Of a DNA stretch of 64,000 bases, positions 56,071-64,000 are shown piece after piece; position 1 is the first letter of the stretch; the number at the start of each line of letters is the position of its first letter. The notes beneath the pieces were generated by a model. It was not told the DNA's origin. It worked only from the letters and a program-made list of their open reading frames with translations, and did no database searches. Source of the stretch: the human T2T-CHM13v2.0 reference genome, Homo sapiens; the NCBI RefSeq assembly GCF_009914755.1, contig NC_060942.1; one strand, 5' to 3'. The translations under genes were made by a program, and so were the position numbers.

Positions 56071-56912
56071 AATAAGAGATATAGGAAAAAAAACAAAGTA
56101 TGTTTCCTACTCCTTACTCTCTACTTAACACAACACTTCCGACATCAGATGTCTAGGGATTATTTTCCCACACAGCAAGTAACTCTGCAGTGAATGCCAG
56201 CTCGGTGTCCTCCGATTCAGTTCTGGCACTATTTACCTGCGGATAGTGTCAGATCCCACAGGTTGAAGGCTCGGTCCCACAAGACTGCCCCCGACTTCAG
56301 ATGCTAATTGCAAATAGCAGGTTGTCACCTATGCTTCTGACTGGCTATAAATTGGGGTTTCCATGATCCCCTCCTTGGGTTTGATTAATTTGCTATAGCA
56401 GCTCACAGAACTCAGGGAAACACTTTACTTAGGTTTGCCCATATATTACAAAGAATATTTTAAAAGATAAAGATAAGCAGCCCTATGGAAGAGATGCATA
56501 GGGCGAGCTATGGGAGAAGCGGTGAGGAACTTCCATGCCCCCTCCAGGTGGGCAACCCTACAGGAACCTCTACATGTTTAACTATCAGGAAGCTCTCTGA
56601 ACTCAGTTATTTTGGGTTTTTATGCAAACTTCATTACGTAGGCATGATTGATTACATCATTGGCCATAGGTAAGCCATTCAACCTTCAGCCCCTCTCTCC
56701 TCCGTGGAGGTGAGGAGTGTGGCTGAAAGTCCCAATCCTCTAATTATGCCTTGGTTTTCTGGGAATGAGCCCCCATTATGAGGCTACCAGTAATTCCTTT
56801 CACACACAAAAGACACTCTTATCCCTCTGGAAACCAGAAAAAAACGACCATATATATAATCCTATATAATATATATAGTACATATAATCTTATTACAAAT
56901 CATAATATCACA
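56071..56912 (-). mobile_element. MER21-family LTR
   Basis: TCAGATCCCACAGGTTGAAGGCTCGGTCCCACAAGACTGCCCCC...GCTCACAGAACTCAGGGAAAC...CATAATATCACA; left boundary approximate. Confidence 0.8.
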
Positions 56913-57080
56913 GTTAGTGAACTTTCTTTTCCAAGACAAAGAGCAGTGACAGGCAAGGGAAGGGATAGGACACATGTGCTGTTCCATGTGCCACTGAAAA
57001 TTCTACCTTTGCAGCCTTTCTTGGAAGGATTAGAAGGCATCCACAATCCATTTTAAATTTTTTAAATAAACTTTATTTTA

Positions 57081-57374
<294 letters not shown>

Positions 57375-58028
57375 TTAGAATAGCAATTTTGTTAGAATTA
57401 ATGAATGCATATTGATGCATTATTATTAGCCAAAGCTCATGCCTTATTCAGATTTCCTTAGTTTTACCTGATATCCTTTTTCTTTTCCAGAATTCCATCC
57501 AGTACACCACATTACATTTAGTTATTACATCTCTTTAAGCTTCTCTTGGTCATGACAGTCTCAGAGTTTCTGTGTCTTTTATTATGTATGAGGAGTACTG
57601 GTCAGGTATTTTATAGAATGTCCCTCAATTTGGGATTGCCTGATATTTTTCCCATGAGATTGGGGTTATGGGTTTTGGGGAGGAAGACCAAAAAGTAAAA
57701 TGCCATTCTTATCACATCGTACCAAAGGCACACACTATTGACATCATGTTCACCTTGTTAACATGTGACGTTCCCCTTTATCACCTGGCTGAGGTAGTGT
57801 TTGTCAGGTTTCTTCAGTGTAAGGTTATTCTTTTCTCCCCTTTTCTATCCTTTACTCTTTTGAAGAAAGTCACAATATGCAGCTCATACTTAAGGAGAGG
57901 AGAGTTATTATTCGCTCTTTGGGGGCCATCCGCATAAATTATTTGGAACTCTGCTGCACAGGAAATTTGTCTATTCTCATTGACTTATTTATTGATTCAA
58001 TCACTTCTCTATAATAGTATGGACTTAA

Positions 58029-58480
<452 letters not shown>

Positions 58481-61439
58481 GCTTTCTTTCTTTTCTTGAG
58501 CACTTTCTTAGTTTCCGATAGTTCAAGATCCTCTAGTCCCATCTTGTATACGATGCTTTCAGTTCTAGAATCAGCCATTTCTTCAAGAAGCACTGGTTTC
58601 TCTTGTTGGAGAATCTTATTAGAAATTAAGGTCTGGGTGCAAGGTGTGCCACTGGAGTGTTGTTGCTTCCAGGTTCTCTCAACTGAAAAAGCAAATAAAC
58701 ATATGTGTGTATGGACCTGCTTGTGTACACATATCTCTACATATTTCTGTACATCACCATCTATATCTATATTAAACTTAACAGAAGTTTGTACCGATGT
58801 CTTCGACTTCAGTCTTTCACTGCATGCATGGCCCATTCTATCTTCCGCCCCTTGCTTATCTGTAAATTCCCACTCCAACAGTGAAAAACCTGATTCCCAT
58901 TACTCACTGTCTGTTTATTTAATTGTTCAATTCCAGCACACATATATAGTGGTATCAGAATTATTCTTACCCTCGGGGAAACAATTTTATTAACTAGAGT
59001 ACCGTGCTTGTGTCCAGTTCCTTTTGCTGTTAGTCTTACAGACTCCGTTCATTTCCAAAACTGCTTAGGTCAGCACCTTTCCCCCACATCTCCTTCAGTG
59101 AAGTTGCTCCATGCATGTATAATACAGTTAGATTCTCAGGTCACAGTCTGCATTCCATCTTGAGATCCCTCGACCTCCTAAGTGATTTCTAATAATTGCA
59201 CACATTAGGTTTCATTTTTTATGCCATAAAGTTTTATGTGTTTTGACAAATGCATAATACCATGTATCCAACGTTACTGTGTCATATGCAAGAGTTTTAG
59301 TACCCTAAAAAGTCCACTGTGCTTCACCTACACAACTGTTCTCCCCAACCCCACTCTTTTGGGACCTCTGGCAACCACTGATTTGTTTATTATGTCTGTA
59401 GTTTTGCCTTTTTCAAAATGCCATATAAATGGGATCATAGAAGTATGTGGCCTTTGAAGTTTTTAATTGAGGTAAAGTATACATAACATACAATTTACCA
59501 CCTTATCCACTTTTAAGTGAACAGTTCAGTGGCATAAAATACACTCACGTTATGGTGCAACTATCACCACCATCTATCTCAGAGCTGTTCACCTTACAAA
59601 ATTTAAACCGTGTACCCATCAAACAGGAACTCCCTATTCCCCTGCCCATGGCAACCACCATTTGGCTTTTTGTCCCTGTGGACCTGACTACTCAGATACT
59701 TTGTATAACTGGAATCATATAGTATTTGTTTTTTTGTGACTGGCTTATTTAACTTAACAAAATGTCTATAAGTTTTTTCCATATTTCAGTATGTGTTAGG
59801 ATTTCCTTCCTTTTTAAGGTTGAATAGTATTCCACTGATATATTGGTGCTACAAACACAGATGTACAAATATCTATTCGAGTCTCTGCTTTCAATCCTTT
59901 TAGTTATATATCCAGAAGTGAAGTTGCTGGGTCATATGGTAATTCTATGTTTCATTTTTGAGGAACTGCCATACTGTTTTCTATAGTGACTGCATTATTT
60001 TACATTCCTACCAGCAGTACACAAGAGTTCCAATTTCTTCATATTCCTGCCAACACTTGCTATTTTCTGTTTGTTTTTTCTAACAGTTTTTCTAATAGGT
60101 ACAAAGTGATATCTCATTATGGTTTTGATTTACATTTCTCTAAAGATTAGTGAGTAATGTTAAACATCTTTTCCTGTGTTTACTGGCCGTTTACTTGTCT
60201 TTGGAGAAATATCTACTCAAGTTAGATGCTTTGCCTCTTTTTAAATTGGGTTGTTTGGGTTTCCTTGTTGTTGAACTGTAGGAGTTCATACTGTAGGAGT
60301 TCATATATAATAAATATATTCTGGATATTAGCCACTTATCAGATACATGATTTGCAAATATTTTCTCCCATTCTGTAGTTTGCCTTTTTATTCTGTTCAT
60401 AGTGTCTTTTGATACATATAAGTTTTTAATTCTACTATAGTTCAATTTATTTTTTTTCTTTTGTTGCCTGTGCTTTTGGGTCATATCCAAGAAATCATTG
60501 CCAAATCTAGTGCCATGTAGCTCTTCCCTTATGTTTTCTTCTATGGATTTTATAGTTTTGGCTCTTACATTTGGAACTTTAATCTGTTTTAAGTTAATTT
60601 TTGTATTAGTATGTAGCTTTTTAGACTGGCTTCTTTCACTTAGGAATATACATTTAAGATTCATCCATGTCTTTCGTGACATGGTAGCTCATCCATTTTT
60701 GTTACTAAATAGTATTCCATTGCATGGATATACCACAGTTTGTTTATCCATTCACCTATTGAAGGACATCTTAGTTGTTGCAAGATTTTAGAGATTATTA
60801 AATAAAGCTGCTATATTTATTTTAGATGTTGATACAAACAGAAGTTTTCAAATCCGTTAGGTAAATATCCAGGAGTACAATAAACTGCTGGGTCAAGCAG
60901 TAAGATTATATTTAGCTTTGTGAGAAACTTCCAAACTGTCTTCCAAATAAATTATACCATTGGCACATTCATCAGCAAAAAATGGGAGTTCTTATTGCTC
61001 CACATTCTTACTAGCAATTGGTATTGTCAGTTTTTTGGATTTTAGCTCTTTTAATAGGTATTTATTGATATTAATTTTAAAAAAGTTACTGCTTTATTTG
61101 GATAGTTTGTATACCATAAAATCTACTCTCTTCACATATACAATTCAGTTTTTTTTAAACTGAATTGTATATTCACAGAGTGGTACAACCATCATAGCTA
61201 TCTACTTTTAAAACATTTTCATCATTCCAAAAAGAAAACTCTTCCCCATGAGCAGTCACTCTCCACTTTCCTCTCCCCTACCCTCTGGCAATCATGAATC
61301 TACTTTCTGTCTCCATATATTTGCCTATGCTGGAAATTTCCTGTGAATGTAATCATATAATATGTGGCCTTTGTGTTGGGCTTCTTTCATTTAACATAAT
61401 ATTTCAAAGTTTGATCCATGTTGTAGCATGTAGCAGTAC

Positions 61440-61565
61440 TTTATTTATTTATTTATTTTGAGACATGGGCCCTTTCTATGCTGCCCAAGCTAGCCTCTAA
61501 CTCCTAGGCTCAGGCGATCCTCCCGCCTCAGCTTACCAGGTAGCTGGGATTAGCATGCTTGGCTT
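61440..61565 (-). mobile_element. FLAM/Alu left monomer
   Basis: (TTTA)n tail, CTATGCTGCCCAAGCT...GCTCAGGCGATCCTCCCGCCTCAGC. Confidence 0.8.
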
Positions 61566-63470
61566 AGAACTTCATTTTTTAGCTGGATAATATTCCATTA
61601 CAGATATATCACATTTTGTTTATCCATTAATTAAGTGATGAACATTTGGGTTGTTTCTACCTTTAGGCTATTATACATAATGCTGCTATGAACATTTGGA
61701 CATATGTTTTCAGTTCTCTTGGCCATATACCTAGGAGTGGGATTGCTGGATCATATGGCAACTCTATTACCTTTCTGTGGAACAGTCAAGCTGTATTCCA
61801 AGATGTTACATTATTTTACATCCCCCCCACCCAGCAATGTCTGAGTATTCCAATTTCTCCACATCCTTACCAACTCTTGTTATTGTTCACCTTTTTGATT
61901 ATAACCATTATAGTGTATGTAAAGTGGTATCTCGTTGTGGCTTGATTTGCATTTTCCTAGTGATTTTGATCATCTTTTCATATGCTTGTTGTCCAGTTGT
62001 ATGCCTTTGTTTTTAAGAAATGTAGATTCAAGTGCTTTGCTCATTTTTACGGTAGATTATTCGTCTTTATATCATTGAGTTTCAAGAATGTATATACTTT
62101 AGATACAAGTTCCTTATCAGATATATGATTTGCAAATATTTTCTCTCATACTGGATTGTCTTTTCACTTTCTTGATGGTGTCTTTTGTAGCATAAAAGTT
62201 TTCAATTTTGATGAAGCTCAATTTATATATTTTAGTTTTGTGGATTGTGCTTTTGTTGTCATATCTAAGGAAAGTATTGCTTAATTCATGGTCATAAAAT
62301 TTTACTTGTGTTTCCTTTTAAGTGTTTTCTATTTTTACATCTCTTACATTCGAATCTGTGACACATTATTAGTTATTTTTTATGTAAGGAGTGATGTATC
62401 ATTGTTTTATTTGCATTCACCTTCTGATAAATTATGCTGAGCATCTTTTCATACACTTATTTGTCTTCTGTATATCTTCTTTGGTATGGTGTCTTCAGAT
62501 ATTTTGCACATTTTTAAATTGGGTTCTTTTTCTTACATTTGGTTTTAAAGGCTCTTTGTATATTTTGAATATAACTCCTTTATCAGGTATGTGGTTTGCA
62601 AATATTTTCTTCTAGACTGTGGCTTGCCTTCTTATTCTCTTAAGTGTCTTTCACAAGCAGAATTTTAGAAAAATTAAGTCCAACTTACCAATATTTTTCA
62701 TTGATTATGCTCTTGATGTAATATCAAAAAACTCACCATCAAATCCAAGGTCATGTAGATTTTCTCCTGTTTTCTTCTAGAACCTTTGTAGTTTTTCATT
62801 TTACATTCACGTCTATGATGCATTTTTAGTTAATTTTTGTGAAAGATAAAAAGGTCAGTGTCTAGGTTCATTTTTTCATATATGGATGTCCAATTGTTCC
62901 AGCACCATATGTTGAGAGACTGCGCTTTTTCTATTGAATTGACTTTACATCTTTGTTGAAAATCAGTTGATTATATTTATGTGGTTTATTTATGGGCTCC
63001 CTATTCTGTTCCATTGATCTGCATGTCTATTTTTTCACCAATACCATACTGTCTTGATTCATATATCCATTTTTTCATTCATGTATTTATCCATCCATTT
63101 ATTTAGCATATCCTTAGTAAATATTTATTATCTTCCTCATGCAAGATATTGTGCTAATACTTCAGACAACAAAGATGTTTTAGACATGGTAGCTGACCTC
63201 TAAGAGCTGTCATACAGTCTGGGAGGTGGGATGGAGATGGTTGCAACTCCCACACAAATTGTGTAAAACAAATCACAAGGTGAAAATGCTATAGGAGATG
63301 CATAGAGTAAAAGACACTTTTCAAAGAGGCTGATATCAATACTGACTTAGAATAAGGAGATTTGAGCAGGGACTTGAAGGATGGATAGGATTTAAATAAG
63401 ATTGGAAAGTGGCTGTGTCAAGGTGAAAAGAACAGAACAAGCCAAGTGAGGGGGGAAGTGCAAAGTCTAA

Positions 63471-63721
63471 CAGCTGTGTCCAATTGAAGTATAATCAAAG
63501 CCTTGTGTGCAATTTTAAATTTTCTAGTAGCTGTACTAAAAAAGAAATCCTTGAAATTAATTTTATATTTTATGTAACGCAATATATCCAAAACACCGTC
63601 ATTTCAGTGTGTAATCAATCTTAAAATCCTATATGTAGATTACATTTATCAATTTGGAGCAGCCACATTTCAAGTGCTGAATGCCACGTGTGAATTGTGG
63701 CTACTATATTGGACAACACAG
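63471..63721. mobile_element. MER33-like hAT-Charlie element inserted in L2 fragments
   Basis: CAGCTGTGTCCAAT...AAATTTTCTAGTAGC...AGCCACATTTCAAGTGCT...GGCTACTATATTGGACAACACAG. Confidence 0.75.
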
Positions 63722-64000
63722 GTCTTGGAGGCCAGTTGTGAGAAGAAAGGTTGCAAAGTAGGTTGGGTCCAAGTTATGCAGAACCTTGAATACTGGGCTG
63801 AAGAATTTGAACTTGATTCTGTAACTTACGGATAAACACTGACACTTTTGAGCAAGTAGTGACTCCTAGGTGCTCCTCCCCTGGACTGGCAGTCCTGGAT
63901 AGGTACTCAATACAGGTGTACTGAATGATTGTTGAATTATCAGAGCAATACTTTGTAGAGATTAACTGTGGATATATTTAATGACATGGAATTGAAAACT

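Noticed and set aside
60275-60305. 15-bp tandem duplication (ACTGTAGGAGTTCAT x2)
   Set aside because: Ordinary slippage duplication within a dead L1M fragment.

Overview
This is primate (very probably human) genomic DNA, not prokaryotic. The first ~3.2 kb is a CpG-island promoter holding the 5' end of ZNF521 (EHZF/Evi3) on the minus strand. It has a non-coding exon 1 (donor at 2637) and a 41-nt exon 2 (1581-1541) encoding MSRRKQAKPRSLK, the NuRD-recruiting N-terminal motif; the rest of the gene lies off the left edge. The remaining ~61 kb is upstream intergenic DNA: repeat-poor, enhancer-like blocks alternate with interspersed repeats. These include a near-full-length dead L1PA7-like element with a nested AluY, about 15 Alu/FLAM copies, MaLR/ERV solo LTRs, hAT DNA transposons, old L1M/L2/MIR/CR1 fragments and a 15 x 31-bp minisatellite. 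I found no other supportable protein-coding gene. The most interesting signals are in the ZNF521 5' leader: four upstream AUGs in one stop-free frame overlapping the main ORF, three tandem 3' splice AGs with different translational outcomes, and a second stop-free frame that would fuse to the main ORF if exon 2 is skipped. These are hypotheses from sequence alone. Repeat subfamily names are from recall of consensus sequences, not from a RepeatMasker run.
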